Part shown: positions 24,135 to 33,463 of the stretch, piece after piece
Position numbering within the stretch: the first letter of the stretch is position 1
Layout: each line of letters begins with the position of its first letter
Origin: a virus
IMG/VR virus record: IMGVR_UViG_3300020172_001405
Coordinates: 1 to 64,000 of that record
Direction: 5' to 3' (one strand)
Length of the DNA: 64,000 nt
Program-made: the position numbers and the translations under genes
The notes under the pieces: generated by a model
Told to the model about the DNA's origin: nothing
The model's input: only the letters and a program-made list of their open reading frames with translations
Database searches by the model: none

Positions 24135-25619
24135 TTAGTTTTCTAGATTATCAGAGAGTATTCTAGTGGTATCTTCCTCAGAAAGCCCATCATTTGGTAG
24201 CTGTTTTAAGGTACTAGCACGGTCTCCGAACAAAGCTGACATTACACCACCAGAGGTTTGACGCTCTACAGTCATTCGAACAAACTCTTTATTTTCTTCA
24301 AGTTCTTTTAATTGCTTGATGATTTTAAACAATCTGTCGATCTCCTGTCCGGTATTTGGGTCAGGGTAACCACCATTTAACTCTTCTGCAAATCGAGCAA
24401 AGGCGACTCTAGAGCCCTGCATTTCAATAATTGCGTTTAAAAGAGCCTTTAATTGTTCTTTAGTCTTAACCTCAAGTGGAAGGTTAAAAGCACATGCTGC
24501 ATCAGGTTTCATTGCCGGACAATTTGCTGCAACGAAGCAAGTATTGCATTGACGTAAAGAAACCCCGCTTGTAGATAAAACTGGAGCCTCTTGTATAACG
24601 TCTCTTCCCGAAGAATCTCTTTCAATTATTGATTTTGTACTTACAGAAAATACTGGTAAAGTACGCATTTCTTCAGGTGTTCTTCCCCTAATTACAGCAG
24701 AATCTTTCCGCACTTCTAGGGGTCTATTATCAGGTTCCGTACCACCTGTTTCCGCAGAACCTGGGTCATCCTTGTACGCACTGTTATCAGATAATAGTGG
24801 GACCATATTCTTATTTAAAGATGCTTCGAGCTGTAGGTATGACCAAATGGCTAACTTAGTAACTTCCTTACTATCGTCCTCCATGATCAAATCAAAATCT
24901 AATCCGGCCTTTTCAATGATAGCTTTGTATCTTGGTCGGGCTTGGTCTTTCATCTTCTTTTGATACCTAACCAAACGAGAGCCGTCCCATACAATCGTCT
25001 CTCCACGCATCATAGGGGATAACCACGATAGGGTGCTAGCCGTGCTCAGAGGCACCTGTCGCAGGTTTGCGGGGTTAGCACAAGCTAATCCGTGGAACGA
25101 AGTGTCAAACTGTGACTTCAACGCTCGTGTGCGTGCTGAAAGGGTTAAATCGGTATCTAGTGTTTCTCCAAGGATAGCTACGTGTTCGTACCCTTGAGAC
25201 AGGCTCATCAAAGCTGGATGTCCTAGGGCACTATTCCAAACTGCCATAAATCGGTCAGTTCCGAAGTCTTCCCAGAAAGATTTTCGTTGTTCATTGATCC
25301 AAGCTGGTCCTAGAGCTCTGGCATCAATTTCTGTGGCCATAAAGATTTTATCTTCATTCGTAACTACCCAATCTTGATACTCTCCCGCGTATTCTTCAAG
25401 TTCTCCCACAGATAGAGACTCTTTATTAACCTGATAGCCGCCCCCATCTACGTAGATGCGGACATCATCTGGGTACTTTTCGGACAAAAGGTATTCTTTG
25501 GTCTTGGGTAGGCCGCGCTTTACCAGGCGCCAGTAATTAATGCCAATATGCTTCACTCCGGCATCAATCAGAAGTTTACGGTGTGATGGGACCTCCCCAC
25601 CTAGAAATACTAGATCCAT
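24135..25619 (-). CDS. TGT/DpdA-like TIM-barrel protein (degenerate) with C-terminal Cys cluster
   Basis: YVDGGGY, EID, AVWN, FHGLA, STASTLSW in TGT-like order; CNTCFVAANC...C. Confidence 0.55.
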   Translation of the reverse strand: MDLVFLGGEVPSHRKLLIDAGVKHIGINYWRLVKRGLPKTKEYLLSEKYPDDVRIYVDGGGYQVNKESLSVGELEEYAGEYQDWVVTNEDKIFMATEIDARALGPAWINEQRKSFWEDFGTDRFMAVWNSALGHPALMSLSQGYEHVAILGETLDTDLTLSARTRALKSQFDTSFHGLACANPANLRQVPLSTASTLSWLSPMMRGETIVWDGSRLVRYQKKMKDQARPRYKAIIEKAGLDFDLIMEDDSKEVTKLAIWSYLQLEASLNKNMVPLLSDNSAYKDDPGSAETGGTEPDNRPLEVRKDSAVIRGRTPEEMRTLPVFSVSTKSIIERDSSGRDVIQEAPVLSTSGVSLRQCNTCFVAANCPAMKPDAACAFNLPLEVKTKEQLKALLNAIIEMQGSRVAFARFAEELNGGYPDPNTGQEIDRLFKIIKQLKELEENKEFVRMTVERQTSGGVMSALFGDRASTLKQLPNDGLSEEDTTRILSDNLEN

Positions 25620-26083
25620 TATTCCCACCTTCTTAAAGCGCTGTCGGTCATCATTTGAATATTCAATTCTCTTTGAGCTTTTACTTCTTCTTTAAGCTCT
25701 TCCCAAGGGCGAACAGGGCGCTTTCTACGAACAAACGTAGGGGATAAGAATAACATAGTAGGTACCCCAGCATTCATAGCCGCGGCAGACCTGTCTACAT
25801 CACAGTCTACAAATAGCTCAACTTCACCTTGAGATCTAGCATAAGCTAAATGACGCATACGTAAATCTTGCCCCTCAAAAGCTATTCTATTATCATACAA
25901 ATCTGCGTAACCTAAGATTAGGTTAGCTCTACACCAATGCTCAGCTTCTTCAATTGTTCCATCAGTAGCTAACACAACGCGATAGTGCTCGTTCATTACC
26001 CGAAATAGCTTTATACCCGCATGTATAGGATCGCCAGTTTCTGTTCTAAGTACGCCGTCTAGTGAGATAAGTGCTGTTGCCAT
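25619..26083 (-). CDS. HAD-superfamily-like protein (degenerate motif I)
   Basis: LISLDGVL, VLAT, LFVDCD. Confidence 0.6.
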   Translation of the reverse strand: MATALISLDGVLRTETGDPIHAGIKLFRVMNEHYRVVLATDGTIEEAEHWCRANLILGYADLYDNRIAFEGQDLRMRHLAYARSQGEVELFVDCDVDRSAAAMNAGVPTMLFLSPTFVRRKRPVRPWEELKEEVKAQRELNIQMMTDSALRRWE

Positions 26084-27001
26084 TTATGGTCTCCGATGTG
26101 TAGCGGCTCTCCTAATCAAGGTTTCAGTGTCGGGCAAAACCATCCCGTATGTTTCTAATTCTTTTTCTTCTTTTGAGCCGTCTTTATAATCTTTTATGGC
26201 TTTCAACGCATGTATTGCTCCAGACTGTTTTCCAGCCTGCCAACGATAATTATTAAAGTCTTCATAGCCGGCACCGATACTGCTGAATGCAACTTTTCTG
26301 CCTTCGTGTATGCTGTCATAGAAAGCAACGGCTTGATCTACTACATCTTCTAGGCGTCGTTGGGCATTGAGCCTGTACGCTGGGTTAGTTGTTACCTGTA
26401 CTTCGTTTAGTGCTTGAGAGTACCTATTGACTAACTCAAGAGCAGTTTCATAATCTTTTTCAGCCTTGTTTTCCCAAGCTCTTGGGTCTGGCTTAGATCT
26501 TGGATTACGGTTTGGCTCTACTGTCCAGGTGTCTGAGGTTAGGTTGTAGGCCGCATACGGATTGATGTCACGTATATCAGACTGAGGATTTACGTAATAA
26601 GTAAGCTCGTAGCCTTCCCAATTCTTAGTCTTTGGCATAAGATCTAGGTTAAAGTCTTTATTAAACATATGGGCAAGCTCATCGTTAGATAGTCCAAGGT
26701 AATCATTGTTGTACTTTCTAAAAGTTACGTAGTCAACACCCACCAAACAATCTAAGTCTGCAGGGTCTCGTGTTGCTGACCACTGATAAGACACCCCAGA
26801 TCCAGCTAACCAAACCGTTGTCCAAGATTCTGGGTTAATATAACGAACCTTTAGGTGCTCATAAAGAAGTCTTTGGATTCCATTACGAACCCAAGGGCGA
26901 AGATGAGTACCTATAAATAATCTAGGGTCAAGCTCTGTTTCAGGCTTGCTGAAGTAGGAGGTATCGCTAGGGGATACGCTTACTTCTGAAAATCTCTCCA
27001 T
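26084..27001 (-). CDS. Pol-beta superfamily nucleotidyltransferase
   Basis: WLAGSGVSYQW...ADLDCLV (GS + DxD), ELTYYVN. Confidence 0.7.
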   Translation of the reverse strand: MERFSEVSVSPSDTSYFSKPETELDPRLFIGTHLRPWVRNGIQRLLYEHLKVRYINPESWTTVWLAGSGVSYQWSATRDPADLDCLVGVDYVTFRKYNNDYLGLSNDELAHMFNKDFNLDLMPKTKNWEGYELTYYVNPQSDIRDINPYAAYNLTSDTWTVEPNRNPRSKPDPRAWENKAEKDYETALELVNRYSQALNEVQVTTNPAYRLNAQRRLEDVVDQAVAFYDSIHEGRKVAFSSIGAGYEDFNNYRWQAGKQSGAIHALKAIKDYKDGSKEEKELETYGMVLPDTETLIRRAATHRRP

Positions 27002-27022
27002 AGGTACTATTCTTCATCCTCG

Positions 27023-27169
27023 TTAGGTGTATGTCTCAGTTAACCCTTTAACAATGAACTTACAGAACCCAGAAATGTTAAAAATCGGGGTTCCCTGCTC
27101 ATTAAGTACAAACCAAATTTGTTTGCTTTCTAGGAATTGTTTTAAGGCGCCCTTTATAAAGGCATCCAT
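27023..27169 (-). CDS. 48-aa hypothetical protein
   Basis: Manual ORF MDAFIKGALKQF...; SD GGAG. Confidence 0.45.
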   Translation of the reverse strand: MDAFIKGALKQFLESKQIWFVLNEQGTPIFNISGFCKFIVKGLTETYT

Positions 27170-27172
27170 AAG

Positions 27173-27433
27173 TTACTCCGTTTCGGCAGATTTTTCAAAA
27201 GCTTCAGAAGCTTTTTGATTTGCGGAAGCTAGTTTTACAAGGGTGTACTCAGCTGCGGACTGTGCGTTAAGATCCATTAGCAATTCAGACGTGTAACGTC
27301 GTACTTCTCGCAAAGTTGCAGGTCGCTCTATTTCTACAGAAAATGCCTCTGGATTAGTTTCCAAATATACGTTTCCTTCTGAGTCTATAAGTACTGCAAA
27401 CCCAATAACAAAAGTCTTTTTTTCTTCAACCAT
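27173..27433 (-). CDS. Hypothetical protein
   Basis: ORF in operon. Confidence 0.65.
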   Translation of the reverse strand: MVEEKKTFVIGFAVLIDSEGNVYLETNPEAFSVEIERPATLREVRRYTSELLMDLNAQSAAEYTLVKLASANQKASEAFEKSAETE

Positions 27434-27441
27434 TTTTATTC

Positions 27442-28026
27442 CTATTCGTTGTACATTCCGGTTTTTTTACGCTGTTGCGTAACTACATGAGTTTTTACTG
27501 GACAAAAATCGCAAAGAAATACATCAGTACCTGCGGACTGTGCTGGCATAGGAAGTCCCGCTTCCTTACGTTCAGCGTGTGTTTTAGGTATAAGGCGCTT
27601 CTTTGAATCTCTCCAGTCAGGGCAGCCGCCTTTAGGGCGGAGATGATCAGAATAACACTTCATAGCATCTTCATAAAAAGTAGCTTTAGTAGTGTAGTAA
27701 TCTGGATCAATATCAGCTAATCCTCCGCCTACGCGGTTTCGGATATTTTTTATAATTTCTTTTCTAAACTTTTCTTGTGCCCAGAGTTTTACGCCAATTC
27801 TAGAAAGAAACCCTGTGTGAGGTATTCCAGCGCTGTTGTGCTTTTCAACAGCTAACTCTAAGAAAATATCATCGTCTGAGTTACCCTCAAAATCAGGCAA
27901 CTCCTCAATTGATTTACAGTTGTAGCAGTAAAGTAATCTAATTTTAGGGCCTTCATCACGAACCTCTACATACTCACCACTTTGATCAGCAGGCATACCG
28001 CCTTGACCTAAAATTGGTACTCCCAT
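27442..28026 (-). CDS. Cys-rich hypothetical protein
   Basis: CYNC, C..H, CPDW, LCDFCP. Confidence 0.75.
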   Translation of the reverse strand: MGVPILGQGGMPADQSGEYVEVRDEGPKIRLLYCYNCKSIEELPDFEGNSDDDIFLELAVEKHNSAGIPHTGFLSRIGVKLWAQEKFRKEIIKNIRNRVGGGLADIDPDYYTTKATFYEDAMKCYSDHLRPKGGCPDWRDSKKRLIPKTHAERKEAGLPMPAQSAGTDVFLCDFCPVKTHVVTQQRKKTGMYNE

Positions 28027-28058
28027 AATATTCCTCTCTATAGGAGGAACATCTTACC

Positions 28059-28523
28059 CTATCTTCCGACTTTTCCCTCTTTCCGATTACGGAAAGTGCC
28101 GCGTACATCGGCTTTTTTGCGGGCTGCCTCTAATTGAGCGGGAGTGTAATCAGGCAATCTAGTGACCTTATAGGTACGGCCATTTCTAACCTCTTCAGTA
28201 ACCTCACCTGAAGGTTTGGGAGGAGATTTCTTTCTAACTCTTTTTACTGGAGGCTCAGAGTGCTTAGGGTTTAATTCATCTGCTTCTTGCTCAGTTATAT
28301 GGCCACCCTTTAGTGCAACTCTAACGCTAGAAGCTGTAGGAGTTATTCCAGTAGATTTGTCTCTTGGTGCACGCTTAATTTTTTCTTTTTTAGGGCGGTC
28401 CGCTAACTTTGGATACCTTTTTACCCACCCGGGATCTCCTGGTTTAAGGTTGACATTATCCATGCGCTCTTGTCGTTTTGGACCAGCGCCGAAAAAATAA
28501 TAGATTTTTTGACGCTCAGTCAC
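28059..28523 (-). CDS. Basic hypothetical protein
   Basis: K/R-rich; ALKGGHITE motif shared with 2193-4025 protein. Confidence 0.65.
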   Translation of the reverse strand: MTERQKIYYFFGAGPKRQERMDNVNLKPGDPGWVKRYPKLADRPKKEKIKRAPRDKSTGITPTASSVRVALKGGHITEQEADELNPKHSEPPVKRVRKKSPPKPSGEVTEEVRNGRTYKVTRLPDYTPAQLEAARKKADVRGTFRNRKEGKVGR

Positions 28524-29317
28524 TTGCCTATCCCAATGTCTAGCTCTCCTCTACGACCCTTTGCTTCAAATAGTGCGCGATTTTTATACGCAGGAGATTC
28601 GCTAATTGATAGTGGGTGTGGGGGAACTGCGTCTAGTTGTGCTGTAGTAACTTTGTCCTCGCCAGGTATGCTTCTAATTCTATGTGACATTACTGGAGTA
28701 CTTGCTGCAACTCTTTCCGGATCCATAGCATCTACTATTGCGTTAACAATACTGACTCCAGGTTTTCCTGTGCCAGAGCTGCTCTTAAAACGAGACGGCG
28801 TCTTTTCAACTCTATCGCTTCTAGGGGCAAGGCGTACTGACCTATCTCCAGGCTTTAAAGATCCAGGAATGTTTTCTTCTATGTTAAATTCTGCAGAAGT
28901 TTCTTCATGAGCATCAAAAATATCCGCAACATCTTTTGTCATAGGGGAGCTAGTTGGGATTGGAAGTCCGCGCTTTTTAGCGTTCTTAATTGCAGTCTCT
29001 TTACAGTCGTAGCACATTGGGGCAAAGTGTGTGCCCTTGTCATGAGGAATAGAAACTAAATTTGTACCCTTTTGCTCGCAACTAGTTCCAAAGCAAGCGT
29101 AACGGTCTCTTTGAGCTCCGCCCGTAGCTAACCCAGTACCCTTTGCGGTTTTGTTTCCTTTGTTGCCACGTTTTCCACGTGGTTTACGGGCATAACTTCC
29201 GACCTCAAAGCCAATGCCACCTACAGTGGCTATAGTTTCTCTTACTGAATCTAGGACTGGTCGCCCACCACCAGGTGTTTCGGTCATTAACTCCGAAAAC
29301 TTAGTATCGTCTGCCAT
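28520..29317 (-). CDS. Hypothetical protein with zinc-binding motif
   Basis: CFGTSC...CYDC. Confidence 0.65.
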   Translation of the reverse strand: MADDTKFSELMTETPGGGRPVLDSVRETIATVGGIGFEVGSYARKPRGKRGNKGNKTAKGTGLATGGAQRDRYACFGTSCEQKGTNLVSIPHDKGTHFAPMCYDCKETAIKNAKKRGLPIPTSSPMTKDVADIFDAHEETSAEFNIEENIPGSLKPGDRSVRLAPRSDRVEKTPSRFKSSSGTGKPGVSIVNAIVDAMDPERVAASTPVMSHRIRSIPGEDKVTTAQLDAVPPHPLSISESPAYKNRALFEAKGRRGELDIGIGK

Positions 29318-29643
29318 TACAAATTTAACCCGTCAATACTAGGGTAATTTTTAAAATCTTTTGTTACACAAGTAGCGCAGTCTGTCCCAAAATGAGTAAG
29401 TCGAGACCCGCCAGCTGTCGTACCAGGCCCGTGTTGCTTAGAGCCTATGTCTCTTGTAGCGTCTTTTGCCATTAACGATTTTAAGTGCGTGTCAAACCGC
29501 GCTGAAACATCTGCGGGCATTTTCTTTTTACTTCCGCGGTTTACTACCGCATTTTTAACTTTATTTTTTGCAGCACGAAGATCTCTCGCAGCTGGAGAGT
29601 TCTTTATACGTTTAAGGTCACCCTTCAGCGTTCTTTTTGCCAT
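29317..29643 (-). CDS. Basic hypothetical protein
   Basis: K-rich, H..DCATC. Confidence 0.65.
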   Translation of the reverse strand: MAKRTLKGDLKRIKNSPAARDLRAAKNKVKNAVVNRGSKKKMPADVSARFDTHLKSLMAKDATRDIGSKQHGPGTTAGGSRLTHFGTDCATCVTKDFKNYPSIDGLNL

Positions 29644-29645
29644 TA

Positions 29646-29918
29646 CTAGTCCGTAGGAAGAGTTTGGTTATAAGTCTTATCTATCATAGGACGACGACCT
29701 AAAGCAGCTTCTGCTTTAAGAGGGTTTACTTTTGTTGGTGACTCAGAGTCAATGAAGTCATAGTTCCAATAAGGATTTAAGCCGCGACGGTTTGCAAGCA
29801 TGATCTCGTCCCCTGTGCCAGGAGCAACAGTTGTGTTAGGACGAACCTTGCGGTACTTGCCGTCTGTTGCGCCTTCGTCCATAGACTTATTAAGTGAGCG
29901 TGATTCATTAGTAGCCAT
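29646..29918 (-). CDS. Hypothetical protein
   Basis: TAATG coupling; GATDGKYRK motif. Confidence 0.65.
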   Translation of the reverse strand: MATNESRSLNKSMDEGATDGKYRKVRPNTTVAPGTGDEIMLANRRGLNPYWNYDFIDSESPTKVNPLKAEAALGRRPMIDKTYNQTLPTD

Positions 29919-30271
29919 TAACGTTTCTCCCAAGTAGTTGCTGAGCGTATACCACTATTATAGTTAGGGTCTGTCTTTTGTTTTTCAATGGTCTTATCTA
30001 ATTTCTTTGCTGCGGTGCGTATAGCCGTCCCTCTATCCACAGGCTGTCCACTAGCAGAGCGCCCTGAATAGCCGTAGTCAGCCTCATATTTAACGTCTTC
30101 ACGGTCATAGTGGTTTTGACGTCTTTCATCATCAGTAGGCGCTGGGCCCGCATCACGAAGTGCGCCTGATTTTGCCATGGCTTGTATTGCGGCAATAGTG
30201 CTTGCACTTCCTCCCTTATCTTTACCAAACTTAAATGGTTTTCTTTTACCTTCACGACGTGGTGGTCTCAT
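29918..30271 (-). CDS. Basic hypothetical protein
   Basis: ORF in tight operon. Confidence 0.65.
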   Translation of the reverse strand: MRPPRREGKRKPFKFGKDKGGSASTIAAIQAMAKSGALRDAGPAPTDDERRQNHYDREDVKYEADYGYSGRSASGQPVDRGTAIRTAAKKLDKTIEKQKTDPNYNSGIRSATTWEKR

Positions 30272-30273
30272 TT

Positions 30274-30645
30274 TTATTCGTCCATCTTTCTCTTCTTAAT
30301 AGGTGCGTTTTTACCCCAACCTTTGGACTTTTCAACACGAGGCTTTATTTTTTGGCCCGCTTTTCTTTTTGTATCAACATAGTGGTCACGAGTTTTAGGT
30401 CCGCCACCCATACCACGTTGGCGCTCAACGAACTCTTTGGCATCTTCAACAACTACTTTTCTAGGAAGAACTTTTCGTGCCTCATTAATGGTTCCTTTAA
30501 CCTTGTCTTTAACTTTTTCTAACTTTGGGTGTGCTTCACGCTTTTTTGCGTCTTTTGCCGCAGCTGCCTTCTTACGAGCAGCTTGCTCGCGCTTTGGTAC
30601 GCCAGAAAGATAATCAGTACCTTTATATTTGTCGTTTTTTGGCAT
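30274..30645 (-). CDS. Lys/Arg-rich protein
   Basis: ORF in tight operon. Confidence 0.65.
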   Translation of the reverse strand: MPKNDKYKGTDYLSGVPKREQAARKKAAAAKDAKKREAHPKLEKVKDKVKGTINEARKVLPRKVVVEDAKEFVERQRGMGGGPKTRDHYVDTKRKAGQKIKPRVEKSKGWGKNAPIKKRKMDE

Positions 30646-30646
30646 T

Positions 30647-31006
30647 TTATTTTTTTCCTTTTCCTTTTGGCTTCGTATTTGCGGAGCTCTTTTTCTTAAG
30701 CGCTTCTTTTGCTTTAGCTTTTTGCATTTCTTGATCTTTTAAAGTTTTTTCCTTTAAAGGGACAACCTTCATCTTGTTATTGACTTTAGGGCCTTTGGGA
30801 TCATCAGGATTAGCCCCCGCACCAGCGTAAGCTTTTTTACCTTTTTTCTTAGTTTCAACGTACATTGGTTTATGACGCTCAGGTAATCCTATTCCCCGGT
30901 CACTATCACTTAACCCAAAAGTCCCTTTGCTAGGTTTTTTAGACAGGCCAATATCAAACTTCTTCTTTGGACCCTCGTCATCTGCTGAGGCTACTGCTGT
31001 TCTCAT
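30647..31006 (-). CDS. Lys-rich protein
   Basis: ORF in tight operon. Confidence 0.65.
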   Translation of the reverse strand: MRTAVASADDEGPKKKFDIGLSKKPSKGTFGLSDSDRGIGLPERHKPMYVETKKKGKKAYAGAGANPDDPKGPKVNNKMKVVPLKEKTLKDQEMQKAKAKEALKKKSSANTKPKGKGKK

Positions 31007-31026
31007 AGTCTTATTTTTCCCTATTC

Positions 31027-31347
31027 TTACTGTTCTGGCGCCTTAAACTTTTTGCGAACTTTGGCAATTCTGGGTCTTATGACCTTTTTGCTCCTAGCTA
31101 CAAATTTCTCACTATGTCGGTATTTAGATATAGCTGCAGGAGATCCAGGGTTAATACCCATAGATTGTTTGGCTACCCAAGGAGCCCGACGTGCTTGCTT
31201 TGACCAGCCGCTGCTCATAGACCCAGTGGTTGCACCGCCGGGAGCTAATATAGCCTTTGCTTTTGAAGTTTGAGAAGACCTACTACCGCCTATTGCTTTA
31301 GGTGGTGCTTTAGGTTTAGGGGGTTTAGGAGCACTACCTTTCGCCAC
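31027..31347 (-). CDS. Lys/Pro-rich protein
   Basis: GTG start after SD GGAGG. Confidence 0.6.
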   Translation of the reverse strand: MAKGSAPKPPKPKAPPKAIGGSRSSQTSKAKAILAPGGATTGSMSSGWSKQARRAPWVAKQSMGINPGSPAAISKYRHSEKFVARSKKVIRPRIAKVRKKFKAPEQ

Positions 31348-31516
31348 GAGATCCGCCTCCCATCGCAGACTTAGCATGCTTTTTATACATAAGGTTTCGG
31401 CACTCTACACATAGCCCGGTATCCCCCGAGTAAAGAACCTCGAGGGGAGTCATTAACTCATCGCATTTTGGGCAAAACTTTGACCCAGAATATACAGATT
31501 TAGTAGCGTATTCCAT
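31334..31516 (-). CDS. Small zinc-finger protein
   Basis: CPKC...CVEC. Confidence 0.6.
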   Translation of the reverse strand: MEYATKSVYSGSKFCPKCDELMTPLEVLYSGDTGLCVECRNLMYKKHAKSAMGGGSRGER

Positions 31517-31783
31517 TTATGCCTTCTGTCCAGCAAAGATCTCATCAATCTTTTCTAAGTCAAAGGCGCCGTCTATGCGGTTAACCATGTTCCCCTTGTT
31601 AAAAAATACAAAGGTAGGTACGGCATTAACTTGATTTATTTCTGCCGCGTCTTTGTCCTCATCAAAGTCAATCTTTACATACTCAACTGTCGGGTTAGCT
31701 GCTAGATATTCCTCTATAAGCGGCTTCATCTGCTTGCAATATGTGCACCACTCAGCTGTAAAATGCCATAACTCTCTCATCAC
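31517..31783 (-). CDS. trx: Thioredoxin
   Basis: FTAEWCTYCKQM, VPTFVFF. Confidence 0.9.
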   Translation of the reverse strand: MMRELWHFTAEWCTYCKQMKPLIEEYLAANPTVEYVKIDFDEDKDAAEINQVNAVPTFVFFNKGNMVNRIDGAFDLEKIDEIFAGQKA

Positions 31784-32148
31784 CAGAATCCTTGATCTTG
31801 TGCGTTACGCATGGTTCCTTGATAACCTGCTTGGGATGCAGTAAAGTCTACCCTAGTTGGTTGGAATGTTTCATCCACGTTCATAACGTCGCGTATACCC
31901 AGAGCTCGGGTACGATACCCAAATCTAGGTGGAAGCATCTGTATAGTAGGTATAGTTGGCCGGACCAGCTGCTGTAGAGCATGGCCAGGCATAGTTACAG
32001 AGTTTAGTGCCTGCGAAATAAGCTGCTCTTGCTTATTAGCAAAAGGGCCCATATAGTCATAGCGAATACCAAGATCTTCTTCTTCATTACGAGTTCCTAC
32101 AATTTGTCGGGGTTTAGTATGGTCATATATAGAGTCTTGTGAGTTCAC
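31780..32148 (-). CDS. Hypothetical protein
   Basis: Overlap-coupled ORF. Confidence 0.65.
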   Translation of the reverse strand: MNSQDSIYDHTKPRQIVGTRNEEEDLGIRYDYMGPFANKQEQLISQALNSVTMPGHALQQLVRPTIPTIQMLPPRFGYRTRALGIRDVMNVDETFQPTRVDFTASQAGYQGTMRNAQDQGFW

Positions 32149-32405
32149 TTAACTTGACCACCTTTAAAGTTATCGGTGTCATCTTTTCGTGAACGAGGCG
32201 CTCTTCTAGGTGCAAGAGGTATCCCCTGACTTAACTTGCCAAGCACGCTTTCAATTTCCGATTGAGAATATCTTTTGTGGCCTCCTGGGCTTACGCCTAC
32301 ACCCTTTAAATTTACAGCATGACGGCGTACAGTCTTTGGACTAACACGCCATTTTTTTGCAACTTCTCGTGTAGTGTAAAAAGGCTCGTCGTTTTCTAAT
32401 GCCAT
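32145..32405 (-). CDS. BldC-like MerR/Xis-type winged HTH protein
   Basis: YTTREVAKKWRVSPKTVRRHA...SPGGHKRYSQSEIESVL resembles BldC LTPAEVA.FRVDPKTV.RWA..TLGGHRRY. Confidence 0.75.
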   Translation of the reverse strand: MALENDEPFYTTREVAKKWRVSPKTVRRHAVNLKGVGVSPGGHKRYSQSEIESVLGKLSQGIPLAPRRAPRSRKDDTDNFKGGQVK

Positions 32406-32406
32406 A

Positions 32407-32952
32407 TCAATTCCAATGTGGTCGTAGGTGAGAGAACTGCTGAGCAAGTCTAGGATTAAACTCTGCAGGCACGTTTGCTGAGATATTAGCTTTACCATCG
32501 TTTACCAATTTAGGTGCTGGAGCTAAATTTTGATTTGGGGTGTACCGAGGGATGGTCATAGTAATTGCACCCTCATTTTCGGCTATAGAGTAAAGATTTT
32601 GCTTTACTCTACGATCTGGGCGTAAGCTTTCTGGCCACATATACTGGCCAGGATCAATCCGCTCACCTTTGTGAACTCCACGTTGGTAAGCGCGTTGATT
32701 TGTTCTGTTCTTTAAAGAATCTAATACTGTATCTGATACAGCGTAAGGCTTCCCCTTATCATCACGGCGTGAACGTATAGTGCCTAGGTATCCGTCTGGA
32801 TACTCAGCTTGTGGAACACGCCCAATACCTAAGCGCTGGTAGTCAAGGTCGCTTCGTGGTACCACTGGGGTACCATTTCCACCTGTGGTGGTGTAAGCGC
32901 CTTGGTAGCCGTTAGCGCCAAGGTATTGCCAGTTTTGATGTGATTGAGGCAT
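32407..32952 (-). CDS. Hypothetical protein (possible virion protein)
   Basis: AEYPDGYLGTI, AYQRGVHKGERID. Confidence 0.7.
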   Translation of the reverse strand: MPQSHQNWQYLGANGYQGAYTTTGGNGTPVVPRSDLDYQRLGIGRVPQAEYPDGYLGTIRSRRDDKGKPYAVSDTVLDSLKNRTNQRAYQRGVHKGERIDPGQYMWPESLRPDRRVKQNLYSIAENEGAITMTIPRYTPNQNLAPAPKLVNDGKANISANVPAEFNPRLAQQFSHLRPHWN

Positions 32953-33164
32953 TAGAACATATCTCCACAATGTGCACAAATAGGGGTGTCAGTTTTATTT
33001 GCGTAGATTACGGGAGATTTTCCAGTAACCTCTTCATATCTAGCTCTAGCCGCATGATGTGCCTGAGCATACTTATGAAAGTCTTCACTATTAGAATATT
33101 GGTCAGCCAGCCATGAGGTGTCGTGCATATCCTTATGGATTTTTTCTGGGTGATCCTCAAACAT
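32952..33164 (-). CDS. Hypothetical protein
   Basis: TAATG coupling; CAHC. Confidence 0.5.
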   Translation of the reverse strand: MFEDHPEKIHKDMHDTSWLADQYSNSEDFHKYAQAHHAARARYEEVTGKSPVIYANKTDTPICAHCGDMF

Positions 33165-33182
33165 AAAGACAGTTTACTTCTT

Positions 33183-33461
33183 CTACTTAGCTTTGGCTTT
33201 CTTAGCTGCCTTCTTATTTGAGCTTTCCAAAACAGCGGCCAATTGCTTCTCAACTTCAGGCAAAGCGAGCTTTATGAGACCAAATGCTGGGTCCTTTGGG
33301 TTTACGGCGCGAATTGCGACTGGCAAGATTGCTGCTAGTCCAGCTGCGATGAGTCCCTTTGGGTCAGTGTTTCCAGTACTCCATAGAGCTACAGCTGCTG
33401 CAAGAAATGAGCGTCCGTATGATGCAAGCATTGCGGTGATCTTTGGGTCTATCTTCTTCAT
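33183..33461 (-). CDS. Holin-like membrane protein
   Basis: Two hydrophobic helices (SYGRSFLAAAVALW; LIAAGLAAILPV), basic C-tail. Confidence 0.6.
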   Translation of the reverse strand: MKKIDPKITAMLASYGRSFLAAAVALWSTGNTDPKGLIAAGLAAILPVAIRAVNPKDPAFGLIKLALPEVEKQLAAVLESSNKKAAKKAKAK

Positions 33462-33463
33462 GA

